64,000 bases of DNA from the NCBI GenBank assembly GCA_009914755.4, contig CP068257.2, positions 30,656,001 to 30,720,000 on the forward strand, read 5' to 3'. The position numbers and the translations under genes were made by a program. This document shows positions 14,881 to 29,090 of this stretch, one piece after another. Source of the DNA: the human T2T-CHM13v2.0 reference genome, Homo sapiens. The notes under the pieces were generated by a model. That model saw only the letters and a program-made list of their open reading frames with translations. It ran no database searches and was not told the DNA's origin. The number at the start of each line of letters is the position of its first letter. Position 1 is the stretch's first letter.

Positions 14881-15019
14881 GGCTAATTTCTTTGTATTTT
14901 TAGTAGAGACGTGGTTTCACCGTGTTAGCCAGGATGGTCTCGATCTCCTGACCTTGTGATCCACCTGCCTCACCTTCCCAAAGTGCTGGGATTACAGGCG
15001 TGAGCCACCACGCCTGGCC
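14881..15019 (-). mobile_element. Alu fragment (antisense), directly after the AT-rich repeat
   Basis: ggctaatttctttgtatttttagtagagacgtggtttcaccgtgttagccagg...gtgagccaccacgcctggcc. Confidence 0.85.
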
Positions 15020-16720
15020 CAATTAGGATGGATTGTAAAATGTTTGTGCTTATGCTCTGATGTGTGATGTGTGGGTTAGCACCATGCCCTTGGTGCTTTC
15101 TCATGATAGTGAGTGAGTTATTAGGAAATCTGGTTGTTTAAATGTGTGTGCCATCTCCTCTTTCTTCCTCTTGCTCTGGCCATGGAAAGTGCTGGCTCCC
15201 CCTTTGCCTTCTGCCATAATCGTAAGTTTCCTGAGGTCTCCCCAGAAGCAGAAGCTGCCATGCCTGTTTCCTGAGGCCCTGCCTGAATTGACTAATTACA
15301 TGTTTGATCTTCATCTGTGCCCTTTTCCGAGGCTAAGCTTAGAAGAAAATCAATCTTACAGCAGCAATACAGATTATTCTAACATAGTGAGTCTCCAGAT
15401 ACCAGCCTAATGCTCCCTTTCAGAGAGTAGGATGGGCTGATTTCCCTTGAGTAGTGCCTGGCTTAATGCTCTATTATTTACCTCTCAGGTCAATATATCT
15501 GCTTCCCTTTAGTTATGGGTTAAGAAGAACTGGTCATAGTCCATATTGACCTCTGCTGTCATGGTGGTTCAATGAGACAGTCTGTTCCTCTGCTTCTCTG
15601 AGCACAGGACGCAAGAGAACAAAATGACACTGTCAACCAATTTCTCTGCACACAATGTAGAAAATTCAAAGTATAGATTAAACAAAACGACTACATAAAA
15701 CTCTTTTTCTCTCATTCAGAGCAATCATATTCAGGGCATGACATAAGTAGTGAAAGTAATTTTTAAACAAAGATAACAGAATGTGTATCTGTAAATGAAT
15801 TTCCATCAAGGTAGCACCAGGGGCAGGTGCAACACTTGAATGACTCTACTGTTGCTCAACAACTTCTTGAACTGATGTTGTTGGGTGGCCACAAAACATT
15901 CTAGCAAACATCTGTGGTGATAAATTGTGTATATCTTTTGAGGATGAATTTTCTTTTTGGAAATAGTTAAGACTGACCCAGAAAAAAGTCAGGTTAATGA
16001 AATGGGTGATTAAGCTGGTTGATACCATCTGGATGTCATAAATAAACTATCTCACAACATAGCAAAATTGTGTCTATGTGTGAGTCCTTGAAGGTAATTC
16101 CAAAAGAAGAGACCTGTAAGTATTTGATGAATATATGTGTTTTAGTAAGAATTCTATGACTCCATGGTAGAGAGAGGATGATTATTTTGAAGGTCACCTT
16201 TCATTTGGATTTTTAAGTTCTGGTACATTCATTGAGAAAGTCCGTTTCTTTGCTGACTTGGTAAAGAAAATGGATTACAACTAACAGAGTACCAGATAAA
16301 ACAGAAGTTAGTTTATCTCAGTCTACAGGACTGGGCTAGTGAGGTGGCTCCATGGAGTCCTTAGGAACTCACATCCTTCTAGCTCATTGCACTACCATCC
16401 CTGGGACATGGCTGCCCTCATCCTCAGGTTGCAAGCCATGCTCTGACCATCACATCCGTGTTCACGGAGCAACATGGAGTAAGGGAATAAGAACGGACAC
16501 ACGGTGCTAGAAGTCTAGTAACCCCTGGAGGGAGGCTCCTAGAAGCTGTCCTGTGATGGCTCCACTCATATCTCATTGGCCAGAACCTTGTCACATTGTT
16601 CTCTGAAAAGGAGGCAAGGAAACATAGTCTTTAACTCAGGCGGCCAAGTGTCCTGCTAAAAGCAAAGGTTCTATCACGACGGAAGCACACAAGGGCTGAC
16701 CTTAGAGTTGACAGTAGTAA

Positions 16721-17043
<323 letters not shown>

Positions 17044-17280
17044 ACATCTTGATTTTCTGCTGGAACTCTGGAACCCAAACGTTAGTAGAATGAAGAATGG
17101 AGGAATGCTAAAACTGTTTATTTAACAAAACAGAAGTGTCTACTATAAGAATGAACCCTTAGATTGGATTAATTTGTTAACTCCAAGTTAGGATAAGAAT
17201 CCTCCCAAGATGAAGTGCAGCCTGGCCATGCCATCCAGAACCATTCCTGTCACTCCGCTGCTGAGGACTAATTCCCCTCA

Positions 17281-17400
17281 TTCCACCAGTGTGGACCCAG
17301 AGGGGAAGGAGAGAAAGGAAGGAGGGAAGAGAGGAGAGAGGGAAGGAAAGGAGGAAAGAACAGGCAGGGAGGAGAAGGGAGGATAGGAGAGAGGAAAGGA
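17281..17400. repeat. 120-bp polypurine (GGAA/GA-rich) tract
   Basis: The top strand is purine-only over about 120 nt (ggggaaggagagaaaggaaggagggaagagagg...). Confidence 0.9.
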
Positions 17401-18095
17401 GATAAGTTTCTATGGCTGGACCACTTTCATTGTCAACCCAGCCTGGGGCTCCCTGTTGGGAAAACCAGCCTAGGGATGTCTAACTATTTCTGACACTGGA
17501 GAGTCACACAGCTCTTGCTTTTGGAATGAAATGTTCTCTCCAAGCACTTGGGTGAACCTTCAGAAGGAAGAGGAAAAAGAATGATATTCTCTTGCCTATT
17601 TTTTTTCAACAGAACATGATGAAGGAGATTTTAGTAAAGAAAATGACTATTGGCTGACGATTGCCTTTTGGTCTGACAAAACTTAAACTCCACTTATATG
17701 AAGACACTGCGTTCTGTGAAACCTGTCATCTTATTTCTTGCTCAATAGCTGGGGATGACGATAAGGACTCAGACAAGTGTCAGTCTGGGAGAAAGGGGCT
17801 CTCAGGTGCTGAGTTTGAAGCTGTTCCCTTAGATCCCTGGTAGAATTTATGTAGGTGCTATAAGACCTCAAACCCTGCACTATTTTTAGGAAGGAAAAAG
17901 AGCATTAGTGTCCGCAGAAACCTAAAATATCCCTACAGAATAAAACTTCCAATCCCATTTTCTGACAGCATATGCACTCTTTTACTGTAAGGGTTGTAAA
18001 ATAGATGGTAACTCTTCGGGAGTGTAGGACAATGCACAGGGGGTGGGCAAGGAAGGCTAAGAGAGTCAGAGGCTTCTTTCAAAAATCCTTAAGCT

Positions 18096-18432
<337 letters not shown>

Positions 18433-18712
18433 AACTCCTTTTAAGCTTAGGACACACAGTTCAACCTCATTTCCCTTTCCCCAGGAATCCAGAGGTGCTC
18501 TTAAACAGTTCCCTGCTCTAGGGGACTGCGTCAGTTTCTCAGCTCGGAGACAGACAGGAGAGACATGAGAGCCAGCCTGGGGGTCTTTGCTGTCCCTGCC
18601 CCCGTGGAGTGTAAATGCCAAGTTGCTGATGAATTACAAGGCAATGGATGCTCATGATTCTTTCGCCAATACTGTGCCTTTTCATTATACCCTGTTTTGA
18701 GGGGGATTTGTT

Positions 18713-19047
<335 letters not shown>

Positions 19048-20397
19048 TAATGTTACATTTTAGGGTCCAAGATCAACTCTTATGAGTCCTCAGTTTTTCC
19101 TGCTATCTCTCAGGGGTCGTAGATGGCAGAGATGACATCCTTTACTCAAATACCAATCTTCACCCCAGAGCCTCCACCTCTGCCTCTATGTAGATTACTC
19201 TCACTTTATTCATTCTTTCAGTGGTTTGCACGTTCTCTCATTCATTTACTCACAGTGTTAGTGCTGGAAGCACTGCAGAAGTTCAGAGGAGGAGGAGGTT
19301 GGGGGTGGAACATTGTGGGTGAATGAGGGGAGTTAGCAATTTCTAATGTGCTGGTTTAGCCCCCTCTGAATCCTGAACAGTCCCTCGCAAAAGGCGCTCA
19401 ATGAATTCTCGTTAGGTTATCATCCTCTAATAGCGCCTTTTGGTCACACACATAGGCGTCTAGAATATCTCAGCTTGTGACATCTTGGCATTACGCAGTT
19501 GGTCTGGGATAAGACACTTGCAGACCCTAATTACGAGCCGGATTGCCCACAGCCACAGACAACCACCAAGAAAAACTGTCGTGCTAGAAAGTAGTTCCAT
19601 AGCAACTGGCCTAACATTCCCAAACTGGAGCCTGGAGAAGGAAAAAGGCCCCTCCTGGCCAGCCAGGTTCTACCCAGGGCCCCAGGGGGGCTAAGTGTGT
19701 TTCCTGGTTTCCCTTTCCCCCTTCAGCCTCAGGCCACAAATACAGCCATCATGCTGGTAGCAAAAGTGCTTTTTCCTTCCTGCCACAGCCCCTGAGATGA
19801 GACTTCCTGCCTGAGAGAGGGACTCGCTATTTCCACCTTGCCGATCCAGGCATGAGCAGACCTAGGCTAACTCCCGTAGAGCAGAAAGGGCCTCCCCACC
19901 GGAGCGCTGTAGCCCAGCGCACATCCTCCGCAGGGTATCAACTCCTGGGGTCTCTGAAGCTGTTCCACCAACGGCCCCTGGTAGGCGCTGCATCCCTCCC
20001 GGGGGCCCAGGAGTCCTTCCTAACACACAGAGCTGCCCACAGCCCTCTCCTCTCCCTCCCATCCTTCAGGACTGTTCCTCTGAGCACCACTAGGAGCCGG
20101 GCAAGCAGATGCATGGGGTGGGGGGGCACACAATTCCATTCAGTGTTTCCTCTTAACAATCACCCTAAACAGACCCCGTGGCCAGCTGCCCTGAGGAAAA
20201 AAACACTTCTTGGCTCCCCTGTTCTTTCCCAAAGTTATTGTTAATGGGAGATCTTCCCCATGGTAACAGCTGAGAGGCTGGAGGACAACCGAAACTCAGG
20301 GCCCTCATTCCACAATACCCTGGGACTCCTTACTGCCCCTCAGCGTTGCTTTATGTTGACATAACCCAGCGCTGAGATGCATCTCCTCCTCCCGCAG

Positions 20398-20497
20398 ATT
20401 CCATCGTGATCGCATTCTGGGTGAGCCTGGCTGCCTTCGTGGTGCTGCTCTTCCTCATCTTGCTCTACATGTCCTGGTCCGCCTCCCCGCAGATGAG
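20398..20497 (+). CDS. MRAP: MRAP transmembrane exon: (H)[32 protein letters not shown] plus 2 nt
   Basis: Acceptor cctcctcccgcag|ATTCC at 20397 and donor GATGAG|gtgggtaag at 20498. Phase matches the upstream exon. The product is a hydrophobic single-TM segment. Confidence 0.92.
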
Positions 20498-20555
20498 GTG
20501 GGTAAGAAGGGGTGTGAGTCTGTGGGTCACTCAGACGCTCTCCAGTGAGTAACAG

Positions 20556-20770
20556 TGCAGGTTGAGTATCCCTCATCCAAAATGCTGGAGACCAGAAGTG
20601 TTTCAGATTTGGGATTTAAAAATATTTGCATTGTACCTACCAGCTGAGCATCTCAAATCCAAAAATCCGAAATATTCCAGCGAGCATTTCCTTTGAGCCT
20701 CATGTCAGTGCTCAGTATGTTGCAGATTTTGCAGCGTTTCAGATTTTCGGGTTTGGGATGCTCAACCTAC
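20556..20770. mobile_element. MITE-like non-autonomous DNA transposon with terminal inverted repeats (caggttgagtatccc ... ggatgctcaacctac)
   Basis: About 215 bp palindromic element. It has a near-identical-architecture copy at 47280-47610. It starts about 60 nt downstream of the MRAP exon-2 donor. Confidence 0.6.
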
Positions 20771-21051
20771 GTCCCTACAATGGAATAGTATTCAGCAATA
20801 AAAAGGGATGGAGTTCTGATCCATGCTGCAACATGCATGAACCTCAAAAACATCATGCTAAGTGAAAGAAGACAGACACAGAGCTGCATGTTGTATGACT
20901 CCATTCACACAAAACATCCAGAGTAGGCAAATCAAATTCTGTAGAGACAGAAAGCAGATTAGCAGCTGCCTAGGTCTGGGGGGAGAGCGGGGAAGGGGGA
21001 GTGACTACTGATGGGTTTCTTTTGGGGATGATAAAAATGTTCTAAAATTAA

Positions 21052-21352
21052 GCTGGGCGTGGTGGCTCACGCCTGTAATCCCAGCACTTTGGGAGGCTGA
21101 GATGGGTGGATCACTTGAGGTCAGGAGTTCAAGTTACCAGCCTAGCCAACTTGGTGAAACCCTGTCTCTACTAAAAATACAAAAATTAGCCGGGCGTGGT
21201 GGCACGCACTTGTAATCCCAGCTACTCAGGAGGCTGAGGCAGGAGAATTGCTGGAACCCAGGTGGCGGAGGTTGCAGTGAGCCGAGACTGTGCCACTACA
21301 CTCCAGTCTGGGCAACAGAGTGAGACTCCGTCTCAAAAAAAAAAAAAAAAAA
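21052..21352 (+). mobile_element. Alu (sense), inserted into an L1 3' end
   Basis: Alu consensus with a poly-A tail. Confidence 0.9.
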
Positions 21353-21367
21353 GAAGTTCTAAAATTA

Positions 21368-21647
21368 AGCCAGGCCCAGTAGCTCACACCTGCTGTAATC
21401 CCAGCACCTTGGGAAGCCAAGGCAGGAGGATCGCTTGAGCCCAGGGGTTCGAGACCCTATCTCCATAAAAAATATCAAAAAGTTAGCTGGGCATGGTAGT
21501 GCGCACCTGTAGTCCCGGCTACTCAGGAGGCTGAGGCAGGAGGATCACTAGAGCCCAGCAGGTCAAGGCTGCAGTGAGCTGTGATTGCGCCACTGCACTC
21601 TAGCCTGGGTGATAGAACAAGACCCTGTCTCAACAAACAAACAAAAA
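21368..21647 (+). mobile_element. Alu (sense)
   Basis: Alu consensus. Confidence 0.9.
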
Positions 21648-21823
21648 GTTCTAAAATTAGATTATGGTGATGGTTGCACAACTCTATGGATGTACTGAAG
21701 ACCACTGAAATTGTACTCTTTAAATGAGTCAACCTCATGGAATGAAAATATATCTCACTAAAGCTGTTAAAGAAAATGAAGCCAACTTGACACCATGGGC
21801 ATTAAGTCTTGCCGGCCAGCTCA

Positions 21824-22187
<364 letters not shown>

Positions 22188-23190
22188 CTATGGCCAGCAT
22201 CTGTTCTCAGATGCCTGCTGTGTGCCACTAAATTGGAGGTGAAATCCAGGAGTTTTAAGGAGTAATTGGAACCCACCTTGTTTTATGTTAATTCTGTTGT
22301 GCTAGAGGATTGGCTGACACATCCAATGTTCCCTTCTAGGCTAATCAGCCCTCACAGCTGCTGCTCTCCTAATGACTGTTCTTAGGAGGGACCCTATATT
22401 TTGCCATCGCTCACCCGAAGAGGGCCTGTCCAGTGGCTGGCCCATGCCCTTGGAAACGTGTGCCCTGGCAAAAGAGCTGGGACTGGTCAGATTCTCATCT
22501 TTGGAATTTGGAATCTAGAACCTGAGGGATGGACCTGGTGGCTATGGGGGCTGCACTGATTGGTCCAGGAGGAGGACTAGGGCTGGGTGCCATTATAGAC
22601 CATTATGTCCATTACGGACGGAAGTCTTGGGGACTGGAAACCCTAAGTGTAGGAAGCTGGTCAGCAGAGAGATGAGCCAAACTGTGCTGAGGAAGAGCTG
22701 AGTGGCCTTGGAGCCCCTGAGCCAGTGCGTCCCATGCCAGGTCCCGTGAAGAGCCGTGGACTCGCGCATTGGCACAGCGTCTTAGTGTTTTCTGTTGCTG
22801 TAACAGAATACCTGAGGCTGAGTAATTTATGAAGAAAAGAGGCTTATTTAGCTCATGGTTCTGAAGGCTTAGAAGTCTAGGAAGCATGGCACCGACATCT
22901 GCTTAGCTTCTGGTGAGGGCCTCATTTTGTAAAAAGATCTAATTCAGTCTAGAGAAAAAAAAAACTCATTACCTCTTAAAGGTCCCAGCTCCCAGTGTTG
23001 CCACACTGGGGACCAGGTCTCCACGAGTTTTGGTGGGGACAAACCATACCACAGCCCAACATTACCTTGAAGGGGCCTCTGATTCTCCTCCCCGCCCCTG
23101 CCTGCCCTGCCCGTGGTGTCTCACCCACCAGGGCTACACTCGCCAGGCCATTTCCGCTCACCTTTGGTCACATATGGAAGGTAGCTTTAG

Positions 23191-23690
<500 letters not shown>

Positions 23691-24398
23691 AAATCTGTTC
23701 TTTTCTTTCAGTTTTTAGAACTCACATTCAATTTAAGCACATTTTTATACCCAAGACACATCTGAGGGATAAACGAGTGATGTCACCTTTCTTTACTACT
23801 CTTCTGAGATGACCTGCAGCCGCCCTATGCCAGGGAAGATGCAAAGATCCCTGGTCTGGTCCGGCAAGCCCAGGGGCTGCCTCCACCACGCCCAGCTCCC
23901 TGGGGGGCACAGGCCTTCTGGGCTATTTCACAGGGGCAAACTGATGACACTATACATCCTGACCAGCTACATGGCTTACTAAAGAAAATGCTCTCAAGGC
24001 ACTTGGTAACATTCCTGGAATGCTCAGGGCGGCAAAGTGGATCCTCAGCAAGATTTAGGAGTCATTCCCTGAGGAGCTGACACCTTCCCATGATGGGGGG
24101 GGGAGGGGAGGAGGGAGGTGGGGAGAGCATTCTTAGGCGAGTGCCATCTGAAAGGATGGCCTCTGCCCAGTGGGTTCATCACTTGGTACTCTTCATTTGT
24201 GCCAGCGCTGTAACCACATTTAAGTCGTTTTATACATCATCTCATTTCATCCTGAGGATATCTGTGAGCCAATATTGTCCCATTTTATGGATGACGTTAA
24301 AGGCAGCTGGGAAGTGGTGGCCAGAGCTCACTCCAGATGGCCATGTCCACTGCCCCAGCACTTCCCGGGCAGGAGAATCCACCCAGGGAGGACACATT

Positions 24399-24700
24399 TC
24401 TTTTTTTTTTCTTTTTTTTTTTGAGACTGAGTCTTGCTCTGTTGCCAGGCTGGGGTGCAGTGGCGCAATCTTGGCTCGCTGCAACTTCCGACTCCTTGGT
24501 TCAAGTGATTCTCCTGCCTCAGCCTCCTGAGTAGCTGGGATTACAGGCGCCCACCACCACACCCAGCTAATTTTTGTATTTTCAGTAGAGACGGGGTTTC
24601 CCTATGTTGGCCAGGATTGTCTCGATCTCCTGACCTCATGATCCACCTGCCTCTGCCTCCCAAAGTGCTAGGATTACAGGTGTGAACCTCCATGCTTGGC
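24399..24700 (-). mobile_element. Alu (antisense)
   Basis: Alu consensus in reverse orientation. Confidence 0.9.
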
Positions 24701-25440
24701 ACAGGGAGGATGCATCTCTAGCCAAGTGTTTTAGTTTGTTCTCGGCTGCTAAGAAAGACATATCCGAGGCTGGATAATTTATAAAGGAAAGAGGTTTAAT
24801 GGACTCACAGTTTCACATGGCGGGGGAGGCTTCACAGTCATGGCAGAAGGCAAAGGAAGAGCAAAGCCACATCTTACATGACACAGGCAAAAGGGCATGT
24901 GCAGGGAAACTCCCCTTTATAAAACCATCAGATCTCATGAGACTTACTATCACGAGAACAGCATGGGAAGACCCGCCCCCATGATTCAATTACCTCCCAC
25001 TGGGTCCTTCCCACGACACGTGGGGATTATTACAATTCAAGGTGAGATTTGTGTCGTGACGCAGCCAAACCATATCACCAAGATACAAGTTGGCTTGGGC
25101 TATGGATATAAAATGAACTACACTCAGATACAGCGCTGGATGGGAGGTCAACCTGCTCCCCTCCACCCCCCACCCCCCCCATCCTAAATCAATGTAGGAA
25201 GAAGTGGCCTCCAGGGAAAGACCTGAGGCCTAGTTCCTGACAAAGCACTTCCTCTCCTCTGAGATTTCTCTAGAATGGCCACCTTTGTGAGCTGGCTGAC
25301 CCTTCTCAGGAATTTGCCTGTGTGGCCTTCCCTATGGGGTCCGGGCAGATGGCAGGTGTGGCAGGAAACCCCCCAGCCCCACAGTATGGACTGTTCTGCA
25401 GCAACTATGATGCCTGCCTCCCACTCTGCTCTGTTCACAG

Positions 25441-25753
25441 GAACAGCCCCAAGCACCACCAAACATGCCCCTGGAGTCACGGCCTCAACCTCCACCTCTG
25501 CATCCAGAAGTGCCTGCCGTGCCACAGGGAACCCCTGGCAACCTCACAGGCTCAGGCGAGCTCAGTGGAGCCAGGGAGCAGAACTGGCCCTGACCAGCCG
25601 CTACGACAGGAGAGCTCCTCCACCTTGCCCCTCGGGGGTTTCCAGACCCACCCCACTCTCCTCTGGGAACTGACCCTCAATGGGGGTCCCCTCGTCAGGA
25701 GCAAGCCCAGCGAGCCTCCCCCTGGAGACAGGACCTCTCAATTGCAGAGCTGA
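25441..25753 (+). CDS. MRAP: MRAP-alpha terminal coding exon (RNSPKHHQTCPWSHGL...GDRTSQLQS*), giving a 172-aa protein
   Basis: Acceptor ctctgttcacag|GAAC. 'ag' from the previous exon plus G gives Arg69. Stop TGA at 25751-25753. Total CDS is 106+100+313 = 519 nt, i.e. 172 codons plus stop. Confidence 0.9.
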
Positions 25754-27930
25754 TGTCAGTAAATCGTGGCCATAGCTGAGTGAACTGGTGAAATCAAGCC
25801 AACCTGGACACATACGTTCCTCGTTCTTCTTAGAGGCCATTTGCATGTAGCAGAAAGGGCGCCTAGGTCAAGTGCAACTAGAGCAGGAGCATCCTATGCC
25901 TTTGACAAAGATTGCAGTGGCCCCTCGAGTGCAGAGGTCATCCCAGGTGTTGCTGAGTTTATTGAGCACACCTAGCCTGCTTGCTTACTGCTTATATTTG
26001 CTCAGGGAAGAGTAGGAAAATAAAATATATGCAAATCAAGAGGAAAAGCTGTTTGCTTACTAATCTTTACTATGCCACTTTACCATTACTGTGTAATGCG
26101 TTATCAGCCCTGAGTTCACCTGGTCCTTCTGTACCTTTGTTAGGATGCTGGGTAAGTTCCCATCCAAGCTCCACTAACACCCGCCGGCTCCCCCAGATGT
26201 GATGGCATCTGCCCTGCCAGGTCAGCTCACTGCAGTCTGGGGACCTGAGTTGCACCTTCAACCTCCCCACAGCCTTTCAAAGACAGAGCCCAAGAAAGTG
26301 TCTCCCCTGGAGGGCAGGCAGCCAACGCCTGTCAGCAGCCAGGCCGGGTAAGCAGGATCTATGCCCAAATGCTGTCACAGAACACAAAGAGCCCTGGAAG
26401 CTGGCAGGAAAGGTCTTCTGGATGTGACTTTATGTGACAGTGGATCTGGGACCCTTGAAAGATCTAGTCCTCTAGTGCCCAGCAGCCTTGTCCCTGGAGA
26501 GGAGACAGCATCACACAGCAAATCTCAGAAGACCCATATGTCCCCTACAGCTTTCAGGCAAGGAGGGAGTTGATAGGTTTTATTTTTAAAATAACTGTAC
26601 CCCCCGCCCCACTTAAGATATTTCTAATTTAGCATTTTATATTTTAAGTCAGGTGAAGACCATGTTCGATCTATTCTCCATGGGATGAGATTCCCTTCCT
26701 CCACACTAAGTGACTGGAAAATACACGAACAAGGTCAGGGCAGTGGATTTAAAAGGGAGAACAAAGAAAAGCAAGACTGATGAGCTCCAGAGATGCAGAA
26801 AAGAAGGTGAGGTGCTGAAAATGTGTCCTCACTTGACTGAGCTGGAACTCGGCTTTGGAGCATTTGTCGCCACCTGACGTAGTATGTATTGACTTGCTGG
26901 GCCCTAAGAACCTGGGAGGCAGCTTAGGCCTGGAGCCAGGGATGAAGCCGTGGAAATCCACCCCACCTGCTCGCTGCCCCTCCCTGTGCCCCCAGAGGCA
27001 TGGGGTTCAGGGATATTCCCCAGACCAATGTCCTTCCGGCCAATGCCCCCTGCATAAACAAGCAGAGGTGCCTATAACCAAAGGAATCCCCAAAGATAGG
27101 CCTTGGAGAGGTGGATAAAGATTAAGGGGAACCAGGAAGAGAACGCTTTGTTGGAGCAGCGCTTGCCTGAGTCCAGCTTGGATCTAAACGTGGGATTTCA
27201 AGTTCAGGATAGTCTCAAAGAATAGCGTTGTAAGGTTTATTTGGGTAGGGAAGGGGACAAGTGAGGTAACTGATCCTTGCTTTGTAGACAGTGCAAGACA
27301 ATTATTTGTGGTGAAGGGACTGTATGCCAACAAACGTTACTCATGCTTTAGTTAAAACTTTAAGTCACCTAAAACAGAAACAATTCTAAAGAACACTGGT
27401 GGAAAATAGAAGTGTAAATGTTTCAGACAAAACCAAGGCATTGTCAGCACGATGTACATTATACGGCAGATAAAACAGCCACATCCTAGGCCACAGAGCA
27501 GATCCCAAGAGCCCCAGGCATGCAGGAGAGTTTTAAAGGAACAGACGGAAATTTTAACTGTGAAAACCACGAAATTTCATGACTTTTGTCAGCTACAACC
27601 CCAACTAATATATGACCATTAAGAGTAAAATTCTGACCTTTAAAATAAATGCAGGCCTATGTGGAGCAAAAATAGCCTCTTAACAACAATGAAAGGAAAA
27701 CACAAAAACCTTACAAAAATAGACATTAACAAGCATTTATAAAATTCAAAATCCCCTCTTTGAAGTATAGCTTTAAAAATTACAGGCTGTCTTCTCAAAG
27801 CAGAGGTCAAATCACTTTTATTCTTTAAGGATTCAGTGTAACATCCTTTTCTTTAATAAAATAATTAAACACTGGCAGAAATTAACTTATTCAAAAAGTC
27901 ATACTAATACTTTGTTATGACTTTTTATAG

Positions 27931-28240
<310 letters not shown>

Positions 28241-28307
28241 GAAAAATAAACTTTAAACATCTCTCTTCGTTTTCATAAAAAAAATCTGATACCTTTTGAC
28301 ATTTCAG

Positions 28308-28410
28308 CTTTAACACAGATGAATCTCTTCTGCATTCAGAAGTGCTGCCTCAAACTCGAGCTATTTCCTGTGATGAGCTCCAAGCCCCTAGAGAGGAAGG
28401 GGCGGCCTGA
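28308..28410 (+). CDS. MRAP: MRAP-beta alternative terminal coding exon (S-FNTDESLLHSEVLPQTRAISCDELQAPREEGAA*), giving a 102-aa isoform
   Basis: Acceptor ccttttgacatttcag|CTTTAAC. 'ag' plus C gives Ser69, followed by 33 codons and TGA at 28408-28410. 68+1+33 = 102 aa, which matches the known size of MRAP-beta. The C-terminal motif LQAPREEGAA is as I recall it. Confidence 0.65.
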
Positions 28411-28511
28411 CGAGGCACTGGATGGGCCTCATGGCCTAGAAGTCCCCACATTCCTTGCAACTCTGATGCTGGGCACCTACAGGCCCGAGTTTATCATTTA
28501 CTGGGCAGTTC

Positions 28512-28517
28512 AATAAA
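28512..28517 (+). promoter_or_regulatory. MRAP: AATAAA poly(A) signal for the MRAP-beta terminal exon
   Basis: Canonical hexamer about 100 nt downstream of the beta stop codon. It lies about 160 nt from the URB1 stop codon on the opposite strand. Confidence 0.45.
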
Positions 28518-28674
28518 GTCCTCTCAACTTTTCTTGTCAAAGAACTGAGCCAATGTACTGAACCTGTTGTTTCCCATGCCTTCTCTGGAAACCCTTGACT
28601 CAACCAAACTTCTAGAAGCTGGTGCTGTGCTCGAGGCTCTGGTCATCAGGGTGCAAGGTGCTGGCCGGCAGGAG

Positions 28675-28856
28675 TCAAGCATCTGAGGCTGCGCTGGCGG
28701 CGTCCTTGCAGAGCACCACGATGGCCTCCTCTTCACTGCTCGGGGCATCATCTGCGGCCTCACACACCATCCGGACGTGGGTTAAGAGGGTGTCCGGCCG
28801 CTGAGCCCCCAGCCAGATGTCCTTTATGTAGAGAGACACTAGGAATGCTGCGGAGG
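28675..28856 (-). CDS. URB1: URB1 terminal coding exon: (A)SAAFLVSLYIKDIWLGAQRPDTLLTHVRMVCEAADDAPSSEEEAIVVLCKDAASAASDA, stop TGA at 28675-28677
   Basis: Only this frame is open and in phase with 30224. Acceptor is taken as tatcccctgctcttgttcag|CC. Two further AGs 9 and 18 nt downstream (cag at 28848/28849, tag at 28839/28840) are in the same phase, so the exon start could instead be 28847 or 28838. The 3'UTR continues below 28675 and overlaps the MRAP-beta exon. Confidence 0.72.
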
Positions 28857-29090
28857 CTGAACAAGAGCAGGGGATAGGCCATTAGGATGCACACCTGCTC
28901 AGCTCGAAAACAGGTCATCCTGCCCACAATGCAACGGCTTTGCCAAGTGCCCAAATGAACCGTGCCACAGGCCTGGGCAACCCAAGGTGAGCACACCGAT
29001 ACAACAACTCACTCTGCCTTTGCTTAACTTTTGTGTTAATCTTTTTTATTATTAAAAAGTTTCTTTTCTTTAAAAAAAAAAAAAAAAAAA

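Larger units (their letters stand above)
20775..21795 (+). mobile_element. Old L1 3'-end fragment split by two Alu insertions
   Basis: tggaatagtattcagcaataaaaagggatggag...tgaaattgtactctttaaatgagtcaacctcatg resembles the L1M/L1P 3' terminus. L1 sequence continues after the Alus at 21648. Confidence 0.6.

Noticed and set aside
15144-15410. + ORF of 88 aa (MCAISSFFLLLWPWKVLAPPLPSAIIVSFLRSPQKQKLPCLFPEA...)
   Set aside because: Characteristic pseudo-ORF of MaLR THE1/MST LTRs. The same motif recurs at 40273-40583 and 59760-60190.
25981-27118. Several 70-87 aa + ORFs between the MRAP alpha and beta terminal exons
   Set aside because: No splice sites in phase with MRAP exon 2 and low-complexity translations. 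The only acceptor that is in phase and gives the correct 102-aa isoform length is at 28307.
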